Positions 24,077 through 64,000 of a DNA stretch of 64,000 nt are shown here, piece by piece. The translations under genes and the position numbers were made by a program. The notes under the pieces were generated by a model. The model ran no database searches and was not told the DNA's origin. It was given only the letters and a program-made list of their open reading frames with translations. This DNA is from Macrostomum lignano (taxonomy: Eukaryota): assembly GCA_002269645.1 (NCBI GenBank), contig NIVC01002633.1, positions 21,154-85,153 on the forward strand, written 5' to 3'. Numbering within the stretch: the first letter of the stretch is position 1; each line of letters begins with the position of its first letter.

Positions 24077-25087
24077 TGCGATTTGAAAATCGCTATCGCG
24101 ATTCGAAATTGCTCTGTCAGATTTGATCCCTACAAGTCTGGACTGTCAGACAGGGCGGCTGCTTTAACCAAAGCAGAAACAGGCACCGTAGCAGTGGGGT
24201 GACAGGGCGCTCTAATCCGGGCAACAGATGCGCCACGGTGGCTCTCGGTGCAGAAAAAGTGGACGCAGAGTCCGTCACCAAAGGATTTCGCTAAGCTGAT
24301 TACTTTGTATTAATAAATCTGCCAGCAAATTCATTGAGCTGCCTATCATGTGCGGATTTCTTCCACAGAAAGTCTGCAGAGCATTTCGTCAGACATGCAC
24401 TGTACAGGTCAGAAAACTGTACGACTGATCGAACCTTTCCCAGGTCGTCTAACAATCAAACTGGAAAGGGAGGGAAATATCCACAAAAAAGTTTTTGTTG
24501 CTTTACCCGACTTGAACTTCCCATGCACGCAAAACCAAGGTTGCTGGCTGCGTCTTTGGTTGAATTTTCGCACATTGCAAAGGAAGCAGATGGTTTGGCT
24601 CGGGCACTGAAGCTGTGCAACATCGAGATCTCTAATGAACAGTATCACTTTCCGATGAAAACGTGAGCATGCATAGCTCAAAGTGTCAGGTGATGACACC
24701 GCAGATCCTCAGGAAATTACCTCGAGTTATCTGGGACTCTGCGGGTCGCCGAGAATTCGAAGCTGCCCAGTGCGTGGCTCATTAGAGACGCTCTGGCTTT
24801 CAGACTGGGGAAATGAAATCCAGCTCAGCTGCCCGACCCTAAGCGGCTTTTGGAGCGCAGCAAATTATAGGGAAATTATTTTATTTGAAGCACGGAATTC
24901 TCCGAAACTGCAGCTTCAATTAAGGCGGAGGCGGCAATTCTGCAATGCTCGCTTTTGCAGATCTAATGACGGATTTGGGCTGCAGGACTCACCAGCTCGC
25001 GATTGGCCCAGCAGTGCTGCATCTGCGGTATAAAAATAGCCAGCTGTGCTCTACTGGAAACTGCGTTCAAACCCTCCCCGACTACCC

Positions 25088-39170
<14,083 letters not shown>

Positions 39171-39889
39171 GAGGACAGCGCGGCTTTCTTTGAACTCTGA
39201 CAAAACGAGAATCAGCAGATGGTTTTTAATTAAGGGTGACGAATTGAAGAGACTCTTGAAGAAGAAGTGGTGTGTAGGAGCGGCAGACACAGGAGTTCAA
39301 TATTACTAATTAATTATACTGTAAAAGTTCAACGAGAAAGCGGAAAACTCTGTGCTAGGGCTGGCCGGGCTGGAATTGCAGTGAGAACCACATGAATCAT
39401 CTTGAGTCACAGAGCAACTAACGACTATTTGCGCTCAGGGGTAACCCTGTAAGCAATTTTAACTGACCAATTCGTGAAAGCGCCATGCAAGAACTCACCA
39501 TTGAAGCACCCCAGCAATTTTACACAGCACAAAAACTTTAGAATGGAAGTCAGCTTTGTTTCTGCAGTCCACAGTGCATTGCCGGACTGAATTAAAAGCA
39601 ATCAAGCTGATTTCTTACGAGTTTATTTGTTCACTGGAGTACAATACAATTTCGAATGCAGTGCAGGAAGGGATGATATAGATACATTTAAGTTCACCTT
39701 AGCGACTTAAGGTTTGCACGGCCATCTTTGGTCTCCCGAATCGCTACTCAAGACATGGGTCTCAATGCACTAATTGCCTGTCGCTGCAGGGTGAAGCACA
39801 GCAATGACATCTGCAATTAATCTTAAGTAGTGCATGTACTGGTAAAATTGTGTGGCAGAATGCATGCAATATGCGATGAGCATTTCTGC

Positions 39890-40162
39890 TCAGCACTTGC
39901 AGCAACAGCAGCAGCAGTTTTTGAAACATTTGGGTTTGCCGCAGAGGCAGCAAAAGCAGAGCAGGAGCAGCAGCGTTGCCGCTATGGCAGCGGCCACCAG
40001 CAGAATGTAGGCCAGCGGCTTCCAGCTGTAGCTGCAGGTGGCGTGTCCGGACAGCAGGCCCAGGTCCCTGTCGCACTCCGTCCGAATCAGCGGGCTGTCA
40101 TCAGCTGCCGGCCAAGCAGCCGCGGCAGCAGCCAGCAGCAGAAGATGCAGCAAATTTGGCAT
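39890..40162 (-). CDS. Small (90 aa) predicted type-I membrane protein with a Cys-rich cytoplasmic tail
   Basis: ATG-to-TGA ORF with GC-rich codon usage like neighbouring exons. Signal-like MPNLLHLLLLAAAAAA, TM-like LAYILLVAAAIAATLLLLLCFCCLC, tail GKPKCFKNCCCCCCKC. Confidence 0.65.
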   Translation of the reverse strand: MPNLLHLLLLAAAAAAWPAADDSPLIRTECDRDLGLLSGHATCSYSWKPLAYILLVAAAIAATLLLLLCFCCLCGKPKCFKNCCCCCCKC

Positions 40163-41365
40163 CTCTGGAGAGCTTCTTCTCGGTGCTGGTGTGTTCTGTA
40201 GCTCAGCTCAGGCCGGATCGCAAGCCAGCATTTACCAGAGCAGATGCGGCAACAACTGAGGCGCAAGGCGATATGGTGCTCGCACTGTAGCTGTCATAAA
40301 GTATCAATGCAGCGCCTCCAAGTGCCCAAGAACCACCTCAGAGCGAGCCTGTAGGTGGAATAAAACTCCGCCCCGACTGCTCATCGCGCTGGGGAAAGGA
40401 TACAAAATTAAATACAAAGATGTGTACAAGCTCTGTACGAGAGTACGAGAGTTACTTGCTGCGTGACCTGGTAGCGCTGCGGCTGATTGTATCTGGAGGT
40501 GGCCAAGCCATTCAGCTTGTGCTTGGTGGCATAAATTACCTAGCTGTTATTTTATTAATTCGGCAAGACTTTCACGAGAACAGGGTGTCGCCCACGGTAG
40601 AGTGAAAATTAAATATACCGAGTGATAGCTTATTAGTGAGTGGCCTGTGCGAGCACCTTAGGGTGTTCGCACATAGGGAGTTATACACGTTATACTGTGT
40701 ATGGGCGTTATACTGATACATTTATGGTGGCGGACGAGTCACAAAAAATATGGTTCAAGAGTATATTGCTCATAATGTATGTAAACAAGCGCAAGGCATG
40801 CAAAACTACGAGTATTTTTGGCGAGAAGTGATGAGGACGCACTTTTTTTCCAAATTTCACGCTCGCACATGGGCTCCAAACTTGGTAGCCTACTAATAGC
40901 AGGCTATGGGCGTTTTTCTCCTTTTTTCTAATTTTCCTAGAATTCATACTAGTAGGACTTTTGTAGCTATATGAATCTGCAATACTTGTAGTTATAATAA
41001 CATGGGCGCGGTTTTTTGCTGCTTTTGGGGTCATAAACCATTGCTTTTGAGCTAGTCTGACAGCCACCTGCGCCTCACTCAATGCTGAGGCTGGCGCCAG
41101 ATGGTCTGAGAAGATGCGGGCGGTAGCTTTTTTCTCACATTTTTGACAGGCCATCAGATTTATGAGGTCAGGGCCTATTAATTGTTCGTGTTCACTCAAG
41201 CGTTTGACAGTTCTGACAGCTATGCGTTTTACCCCTAAAAGTACGTTGGGATTAGCGATTAGTGAATTTTCTTCACCATCTTCACTTTCTACTTAATGAG
41301 ACCTTTCTAATGTGTATTTTTTCATTAATTTTTGTCATTCCTACGCGAAAGGTCATAAATCATTA

Positions 41366-42065
41366 TGTAGCGATTTTGAGTGAGTTTTGACTGCACCTGC
41401 TTATGGCCCCGAGGGAACTGATAGGATCTTCTGGTCACGTGAGTTTGGGTGGCAACAAGCTTAGCCAATCAGAAAATTCGATGTCAGTTATAACAAATCG
41501 GCTCAGCCAATCAGCGTCGAGGTGTTCCATTACAACAAATTGTGGTCCAGTTGGCGGCTATTTAAACCGGTGTTTTTGGCCCCCTCGGACCTCAACCTCC
41601 TAAGACCTTGTCCTAACTTAGACCTCCCGGAGCTCGACCGTCGTCTCTTGATCCCCGGATCGCAACTTCCCCCGTCACCATCAAGAACGAATTCCCCCGG
41701 TCATCAGCAGCGAACATCAAGGTTAAGATCATCACCTGCTAGCTATCTGCGAAGATTGTGACATCAGCATCATCCCGGGTCTACAGCTGCGAAGCACTAA
41801 GCCGATTCGGTCACTGTGGATTACTTGGTCTCCGGCTGTTGAGTTTCTGATTGGTTGGGGGAGAGGCTACCTAGACTTGCTTGATTGGGTGATTCCTTAT
41901 CTGTCCCCCATTTCAGTAGCTGGATTAGGCGCACACTTTTGCTCATTTTGTTCAGTAGTGCTGTTATTGAGGCAGAAATCACTTAATAAATAATACTAAT
42001 AGTAGTCTGATACTCCGATACAATCTGAAGTGTGAAGGGATTTAGTGAGAAGGTTAAATCTAACA
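41366..42065 (+). mobile_element. Possible LTR or promoter-like module (TG...CA, two CCAAT boxes, E-box, TATA-like, AATAAA)
   Basis: TG at 41366, tcacgtga 41435-41442, agccaatcag at 41463 and 41505, tatttaaa 41559-41566, aataaa 41985-41990, ...taaca ending 42065. No TSD, PBS or second LTR was found. Confidence 0.3.
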
Positions 42066-42938
42066 GTTATTTTTATCGGTTTTATTTCTTTGTTCGCCGA
42101 TGGCTCAGATGAATAGCTAAGCTAGTAGGCTCCGGTCACAGTGGACCAATGGCAAGGCAGTCCTCAGTCGATCAATCTATCAAATCAGTTAGCAAAAGTG
42201 CCAATAGTGCAAAATCGGCGCTGGAGATGTACTCTGTGCACTCTAGGTTCGCCAAGCGGCTCGGGTAATGAATCATGCGGCCTCCGAAGCTCGAGTTAGT
42301 CTATCATCAGCGCTACGAGAGGCTGGTTGGCGCGTTGAAGGCCAAAAGTACAATTCCTCGTATTTAGCAATGTAACAGTACATGTAACTACCCCATAGTC
42401 TCGCCACTGCAAGAATCCCCTGCACAAGTCCCCTCTGTACCTGCATGGCCAATGCGATCAAGTCCCAGTCCCAGCAGTGTCCCTTATCATCGGCTATGAC
42501 CTCGAGATTGACAGCAAAAAGACACTAGTTGGCAGGTAAGTGCTAAGCCCCCCCTAGTCGGAAGACCGATTTCGAAAGTTCCGGTTTGGTGAGCCAGAAC
42601 GCACGGGCTGTGGCAGCGGGTTAGTCAATCTGCGGATTGGCTGATCTCTACCTTCAAAATTCTCCCTGCTTGTCTCTCGCTTTCATGTCCCTCTCTTAGC
42701 TATAGGACCTAGACTGCTCGCCACAGATCAAGCTACCATGGGGCTGACCAGCTGACAGGAGTGGGAGCCAGGACTCTAATGGATTCATTTTTGAGACCTG
42801 ATCGGCCCGAAGGCTTCCACAAAGGAGCCGAAAAGGCCGAAATCCAACAGAAGCAATCAAGGCAATACACAATTAAAGCGGCCTCCAGGCAACTATTTTT
42901 TTGTAGACAACCGTTGTAGCGAACTAGCGAACAATAGG

Positions 42939-46589
<3,651 letters not shown>

Positions 46590-47667
46590 AGCGAACAATA
46601 GGCGTCCGTAAACAGCATTTCATTTTGGGGTTAAATAAGGATGCGAAAATGGAAGAAAATTAAAAACCAAACAATCCACCTTTGATCTGCTTTTTGGTGA
46701 CCTGAGACAAGACTAACCGGATTTTTAAGTCAGACCTTCACCCAAGTCAGTCGAAAACACCGCGTTTGAAGTTACTTGTGTCACATCGAGGTTGGAAAAG
46801 GCATATTTTTGTCATTAATCGAATTGCCACTTCACGGTAATGACCTCTGATTCATAGCCCAGTTAATGGCTGAATTGCCACGCTCTCCCGCTTCAAATTA
46901 AGCCAGGATGTGCTTTACATGTACTGCATTTTAATGCATACAAGGCAATTAAACTTGCTGAAGGTTGCCCCTTGGCTCGCGGCAGATGAATATTGAGTTG
47001 ATCATTAGTTGACTTCTGTTCGCGTATTACCATAACCTTCAACTTGACAGTGAAGTTTGCTTAATCACACAACTTCATACATCAATACCTGTACGTACCC
47101 CCAGGCCGGTTCAAATTACTGCCAGACTACCCCGAGGGTCAAACATTGCTCAAATCAATGTACAATTGGTTGGTCCAGGCCCATTTTTAAATTATTTTGA
47201 GCAATCTTTCGCCCGCGGAGTCACTGATGGTAATGTGAGCCGAATTTCAAGCTTCAAGAACTCAATCAATTCAATCAATGAAGAGTAAACCTTAAAACGT
47301 ATTCTTTAATTAAAATTCTCTTGCGCTGCCACATGGGCTGTTAGTCATATAGACAAATCATCAAAGGCGCGGTTATTGCCAAAACTCGCCAGAAAGTTAA
47401 TAGCGACTGATGAATTTGAACAAATTAGGACGCGATTTCAAGTGCTGCATCCACAATATATAGTGTATTTACATGGACTTGAAGCTGCAGCGACAGTGAA
47501 CACATGAATGTGATGAACAGAGGACACAGCGATAAATTTCGGGTGCCTGAATCCAGTTGGCTAAGCACACATTACTGGGGTCGTTAATAGCAAGAAAAAA
47601 CGGGGTTTTCATGAGCCTTAGATAGTTATGCATTTGTTGTATCTGATACTGAACCCCAAGCAGCAGG

Positions 47668-49147
<1,480 letters not shown>

Positions 49148-50413
49148 CTGCAAAATGAAAAGGAACGAGTGCTTAAATGTTTACAATTAAACATTAAACA
49201 TCGAACAAAGTAGCGGATGAAAAATAGATAAAATTAGGCCAGAAATTAAAGCCTAATTTACATTAAATTTACATTACTAAACGTAGATATTATTATATGT
49301 ACTAAGTTTGTAAGTACATATAATATATAGCGAACATACCTACCGTACATAGCTAAGGGTTTGGGTGATAGCGGTGTCCCCTGAATAACCCGAACTACTC
49401 TGAGTAGTCTGATAATTTCAAGCTAAAAACTGCCCTAAGCCTCTAACTGCTTGTTAAATCAAAGTGAACAATGTGTAATTAATAGGAATTATATTTGTAT
49501 TCTCCATGCAGGCATCAAGATTTTGCGCAGTCAATAATATATATTGTTAATCAGAATATTTGTGCTAAAGGCTTACACAAGCACACAATAGTTGATAGCA
49601 GTATAAATACAGATAAATATAATTTGTTAATTAAAAAGGCTGGTGCCGCGGTGGAAAAAGTGGCTAAAATCCCCGGTCTATCGCCCGGCCAGAGACATGC
49701 AGTATCAGCCGCATCAGACTGTACTGTAAGAAGGCTAAAAACATAAGAAGTCCATAGCGTCAGTTAGGCGATTAAAAACATGTTAAGGTTACGCAATCCG
49801 CACCGTGACAACCTGGGAGGATTAGTGCAGTCGTATGCGGCAATCAGAGCTGCTAATATTGGGCACAGGGCTTTAATAACATGGAGAGCAGAGGCTGAAA
49901 TTTGCGGCAGGACAGCCAGCGAGCTGAGGTCACTACTGGAAAGCGGACAAACAAGTAGTAAGTCTGGCTTGAGCTCTTGTAGTTGCCTATTGGAAATGAC
50001 ACAGACGGGCCTATTAAGCAAAAAAATGACAAAAGCAAGGATGCGGGGAAGAGGGTTAACTGGAGCTTTAATTAGTGGGTAAGGCAAGCATTATTACTAT
50101 TGCTACCCAGGCATGAACGGAAGCCGGACGCGCGCCATCGCGGGAAGCGCTTAGGGTTGGCGCTGGCGCGGAATTCCCCAAAAAGGAGCGGCTTTATTTA
50201 GCTAATAAAAGTGCGCACGGAGATGGAAATAAGCGGCGGAATGCGGGGCGGTGCAGCTCCGATGCGCCAGAACTAATTACAAGGAATAGAAAATCAACTA
50301 CCCAGCTATTGCGTCTCTGTCCATAGCAGTTGAAGGCAAAAAACAAAACTCAAACCGCAATAAAAAACGAACCAAAAACAAGTGGGACAAATTTGCTCAT
50401 GTCTCTGCCAGCT

Positions 50414-59207
<8,794 letters not shown>

Positions 59208-59405
59208 GGCGAGCAGGCGAGGCTAACTGGCTCAGAAAATATTCGCTTTGCAGTCAGTGCAAGCTGCTATTGCATTTCATTGGGAAGCATGGGATTGAGT
59301 ATTTGTGCTGTTAGCATGTAAGTTGCAGTGTACAATTACTCAGATAATGCTGCTTTTCAAAGCATTTCATTGTTACATATAAGCCTTATATCAGACTGCT
59401 CCTGA

Positions 59406-59792
59406 CTGGGTTTTTTGTGCGAATGGGTGCGAATAGCATCCTGGTCTTAAAAATCGCACCCTGAAATTTGACTCAGGGTGCGAAAAGCGCACCAGAATTT
59501 TTTGCAAGGATGTGAAGCGGATTTCACAATTTAGTGTTATGGACGTCTATGGAAGCTTCGTGTTCTTAGAATTAGCCAGTAATTTTTTGAATCCTTAATT
59601 AATGTAGTTTAAGGAATTGTCAACTGTCGATTAAATTTTGGTAAGCAGAACCTGATGAATTGAATACTGAATAGTATTCTGGGTTTTTTTGTGCGAATGG
59701 GTGCGAATAGCACCCTGGTCTTAAAAATCGCACCCTGAAATCGAGCACAGGATGCAAAATCGCACCCAAGTTATGGACGAAAAAAAACCCTG
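59406..59792. mobile_element. hAT-like non-autonomous element (MITE) with 8-bp TSD
   Basis: gctcctga at 59398-59405 and 59793-59800. Ends are ctgggtttttt and aaaaaaaccctg (consensus CAGGGTTTTTT). The left-end sequence is repeated internally near 59680-59740. Confidence 0.75.
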
Positions 59793-60203
59793 GCTCCTGA
59801 TATTATATCAAGGTTTTGATCATTAATCAAAAACAAATACAGAATTCTTCACTATTGTAAAAGTAGCAATGGCACATTAGATGCACTGAAATAATACTCA
59901 ATAACTTGGCTGTCTACATATATGCCTTAATAAAACAAATAAATAAATATAACAAATGAAATAAATAAAACAAAATCACATAACAGAGTCGAAGTAGGGT
60001 ACATCGTTTAAGGAAAGTTGGGAGAATAAAAGCAAAAGCCCACCATGAACATCCAACTTGGTTGTAGAAGGGTGTGTCCATTCAAGGGTGTTCTGACCTA
60101 TGTGCTTGCCTTTCAAACTTTGCCATATAACTTTGCTACCCACACATGCTTTATTTGCATCATATTAGCTCACTAGACTTAAAAAATTTACCAAATTTCT
60201 GTA

Positions 60204-60248
60204 AAATTGCCTGAAGATGCCAATTGTTTGGTAAAACATGTTGCGCAA
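60204..60248 (+). ncRNA. Decayed minimal type-I hammerhead ribozyme motif of Penelope-like elements
   Basis: aattgc-CTGAAGA-t-gcca-attgtt-tggt-AAAAC-AT-GTT-gcgcaa. Restoring one CpG (tggtaaaac to tggcgaaac) gives the CUGANGA/GAAA core with a palindromic stem III. Confidence 0.45.
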
Positions 60249-62359
60249 ACATGAATAAAATTGTATTTGATATCAGTAAAGAAAGAAAACATGCAAATGT
60301 TTGTTTTTGCTATCATTCTCCTAACATAACAGGTCATATTAAATATACACTTTAAATGCAATTTGCAACTTAAGTTTGGCTAAGATAAAAGTATGCTAGG
60401 ATTACAAAGAATACATTTCAGTATTCTGCTTTTGATATGAATAATTTTAACATGTAGCAATTAATGCTTTTGGGGATAGATACATTAGGAAAATTATTTT
60501 AACATGTTATTTTTTATTGTACAATGGCTTTAAGCCCTCAATTTGAGCTTGATGCTGAGCTCAGCTCTCAATCTGTTTTATTATTGTTAATTCTTAGTTT
60601 GATCTATTCAAACATTTCATTTTATTAACAAAATTTCATGCACTCAGATAACTAAATATGTCTACTGTATGGAATCAATTGTTTCACCTGCAACATTTTT
60701 ATTGCTGTGAACAAATAATATTTGTTATACCCCATGGCCATTATACTAGTAAATTAAGTAAAAAAACTGATTTGTTTCAGGTGATTTTCTACGCTATGGT
60801 CAATTGTACAGTTTTGATTTTTCATTAATTTTAGTACTTAGAACTCAGAAGCCTATAGTTGATATTGAATTTTGGCTTTAAATTTACATCTTTGCTTTGA
60901 TTTTTCTTATTATGTATAGTTAACTCAATTTTGTAAATCTCTATATAACACATTTTTAAGCTTTAAGTATTTTAACTTACGGTGGTTTTGTGGATTACTC
61001 ATTCTAGATTATTCCTGCTAATAAATAGATAAGTAATTCTTTTAATTTGGGTTTTCAAATTCACTTGCTAGAAAGAATATTACTAAATATTTCAGACACA
61101 TTTGAAAAAATTTTTTTATATATATATCATTACTTTATATGCTGCTTTAATAAATAGCTTATTATAATCAGTTAAACATATACTTTAAAAGGCTATCAAA
61201 TTTAACAAATAGGCCTAGTATATAAAATATTTTACCTAAATAAACTAAACTAAACATAATAATATCTAAATAGCTAATAGTTTAGTATAGGATTTAAAAA
61301 TTCAAAAGCTTAGAAATTCCTTAAAATAGTTTGCATAGAGGCAAAGCCAAGGGGTAATAAGGTATAATCAGAACAAATAGGGTTAGGGTTAGGGTTAGGG
61401 GTTAGTTTAGAGCTCTAGAGAGCTTTTCCTGTGTATAACTACAGTGGTGGCAGCAAACTACTACTATCAGCAAAAATATTGACAAACTTAGCTTATTTTG
61501 AAGTTTTCCCCCATTTTGGCTATAAATTTCTGCATTTAGCATTCTGGATATTGGCAAAACTAGACCACTCAGCTGCAACCACAGCTACCCTCCCCCTGAG
61601 CCCAAGGAACTCAGCAGCCGGAGCTCCCTGTCATCTGCAAGCTGAGATCTTTGCTTAAGTTTGTTTGAATCGTAGAAGCTGCACCGATTTTAACTGCTGA
61701 GCCAAACAAATTAAATCTCAACCAACAACGTAGTTGAAAACCCCCGACCTCGTTATCACTAGTTACATAGGAGATTAATAAATTGGGCTCCTGTTACCTC
61801 TGAGGGTAATTTTTTGCAGTTTTTTTATTTATTATCATTTTGGACAGCCTTTAAGACTCTGGCAAAAGTTTTAGAAAAATTGGAAAATTGGAAGTATTTT
61901 ATGTACCTAAAGTTCAAGAAGTCTAGTGTTGTTGATACTAACTTTGATAGTACCAACAATACCATTTGGCTATTGTGTATTACATCTCAATACTTTTTTA
62001 GCAATATTGGACCATAGTACTACATGATACTTTTTTAAGTCTATTATATTATAATATGTAGTCCAATACTTTCTTATAAAATAATATTATTTTTTGTATT
62101 TAGTGTTTAAAATGTGGATATGTATATCTTTGGATAGGTTTTTACCACAGATACAAACTCATTGACTAGAAGGTAAAGCCTATCAAAGTAATGCTTTTCA
62201 AGGACCTAGTTATAGATAGAATGGCCTCCAACTTTTGTAGTATCACATCCCAAGTATTGAGTTGTCCTTGTATATATGTAAGTATACATATGCAATTGCT
62301 AGCTGACCTGGCCAATTTAGCCACAATAAATTATGATAGACCAGAGATGTCATACAAAT

Positions 62360-62840
62360 GCACATAAATGTGCAAACCCCCTGATTTGCACTGCCCATGC
62401 AACTTACTTTTTGACTAGAAATGCAACTTACCTGTGAAAGAAACCCTTAAGCAAAATCAATGCAATGTTGGGTAAATGGCAGGAGTAACTATAATTGTTT
62501 TACAAGGGCTAAATTAGATGACGCTAAATACCTCGTCATCTAATTAGTACTATGTCTGTATTCTTTGGGGTGGGAATTTTTGCAACTTACCCTTAGTCCA
62601 CCACAATTTACAGTGGCCAGATCAGCCAGGTTGGCCAGCAGTTGCGCATGTATGAAAATGCACACCCCAAAAGAATAGACATTGTTCTAATTAGATGATG
62701 AGGCATTTAACCTTAAAAACAATCATAGTTATTCCTTCTATTTATCCAAAATTGCATTAATTTTGCTTAAGGGTTTCTTTCACAGGTAAGTTAAAAAGTA
62801 TGGCCAGTGTAAATCAAGGGGGTTGTAGATATGTATGTGA
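62360..62840. mobile_element. Degenerate foldback/MITE with inverted arms of about 200 bp
   Basis: acttacctgtgaaagaaacccttaagcaaaa (about 62426-62457) is inverted at about 62760-62790, and similarity extends on both sides. Confidence 0.8.
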
Positions 62841-64000
62841 GATACTGAGATAGTGCCTGAAATAATAGCCTATTTTTATGCAAAAATAATACTCTACATT
62901 TTCTTAAAATGCACACAGTTAAATTTACATGAAAAAGAAATTATTCTTACTTTTGTTTAAATGTTGTTATTCTTAAAAATATTAGCTTTTGTTAAAAACA
63001 TGTTGAAAATTCTAGTAGAAATAGAAGCCCTTAGTGTGCCAAGAGAAGCAACTTGCCACAAGCTTTCAATTGCGAGCAAAGTTTGATAAGTCCTTCCTAA
63101 AGCTTTAAAAAAGGAAATTGTGTTTAGTTTCATTTGGGCCACAAATGATTGTCTACGGAAATTGTGAACTAAGTAACTTTTTGCGTGCCTTTCAGGCATC
63201 GAAACAGGAATACAACAGATTGCTTATCTGCGAATAGTCTATGGTCAAGCCACCTCCCATCTTTGGATATTCCCAATGGGTTATATTTGGATATACCCAT
63301 TTGCAGATAAGCAGTCTGTATATTCCTATATCAATGCATTTGCGGGGATATTTTTTATTCAATACAACAAAGCTGAATAAACAGATTGTATACATGTACA
63401 AAAATGGCCATAACGTGGGCATAATGAAATGTGGACCAATTGTTCCACAATAATTGATGAGTAGAGCTAGAATTGACAATAATTACACTCACATCGGCCG
63501 CATTGCATGGTTTGTTCCGCATGGGATCCTTGGGGCAAGCCTCTTCTTCGCTTGGCAGTGATGGCAGAGCATCATCATTACCGCATTCAATGAATTGGAA
63601 CAACTCCATCAACTCTTTGTCATCCGCCTTGTCACGTCCACCTATACTCAAGTCACGTCCACCCATACTCAAGTCGCTGAGAAAGTTGACCTCATTTCCA
63701 TTCAAGCTGTCAATGCTTTCAATCAGCAAATTCGACCAATTTATCATTCATATGAGTGGCATGAATAGAGGTTAGGGCAAACAGAAGAAACAGAAACATG
63801 TATCCTCTGCTGCAGAGTTCCAGCTTATAAGACCACAACTTCATTTAACATGTTTTGTCTATGGTAATTTCAGACTGTTTCCGCTTAACTTTTCATTCCA
63901 GAAATTTATTCCAGAAATTTAGTCTATGGCCATCATTTGGCTTGCACCAAGTGGAAAATTCCTATGACACAAATCCCTAGAATCACTCAGGTGAACAATT

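Noticed and set aside
49150-50400. Search for the NKAP first coding exon
   Set aside because: No ATG-containing exon with a phase-0 donor could be identified confidently; the short ORFs here are not supported.
60060-60130. KHIGQN on the minus strand as a possible GIY-YIG remnant
   Set aside because: Only a few residues match, and it is on the opposite strand to the hammerhead motif; insufficient evidence.
61381-61405. Three TTAGGG units, and a similar stretch near 23712-23735
   Set aside because: Too short and degenerate to call an interstitial telomere.
62957-63775. Short minus-strand ORFs with a 21-bp duplication
   Set aside because: They look like a decayed, stop-ridden repeat-derived coding remnant with no diagnostic motif that I can identify.

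Overview
Eukaryotic, intron-rich animal genomic DNA with no prokaryotic features. GC-rich codon usage and a different minisatellite in almost every long intron are reminiscent of Macrostomum-type flatworm assemblies, but the taxon is my inference. I reconstructed these spliced genes by hand from GT-AG boundaries and reading-frame continuity: (1) 3' part of a phosphatidylserine synthase 1 gene (+, 6111-10458); (2) a double-AAA ATPase of the AFG2/SPATA5(L1) family with a degenerate first domain (+, 13551-20471); (3) an innexin/pannexin-superfamily channel (-, 20849-24076); (4) a divergent GABA-B-like class C GPCR (+, 25088-39170); (5) an intronless 90-aa Cys-rich membrane protein (-, 39890-40162); (6) NKAP (-, 47668-49147, first exon not found); (7) a PPP1R16A/B (MYPT3/TIMAP)-like PP1 regulator (-, 50414-59207). 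Mobile DNA includes a foldback palindrome of at least 1.3 kb, a decayed mariner whose coding sequence seeded a 45-bp satellite, and an intact APE-RT-RNase H LINE with 13-bp target-site duplications (TSDs). There is also a second, internally deleted LINE of the same type with 13-bp TSDs, an hAT-like MITE with 8-bp TSDs and a decayed Penelope-type hammerhead motif. The most striking pattern is that several intronic minisatellites are amplifications of the host gene's own splice signals (acceptors, a donor, branch-point motifs, and an AG|GTGAG junction).
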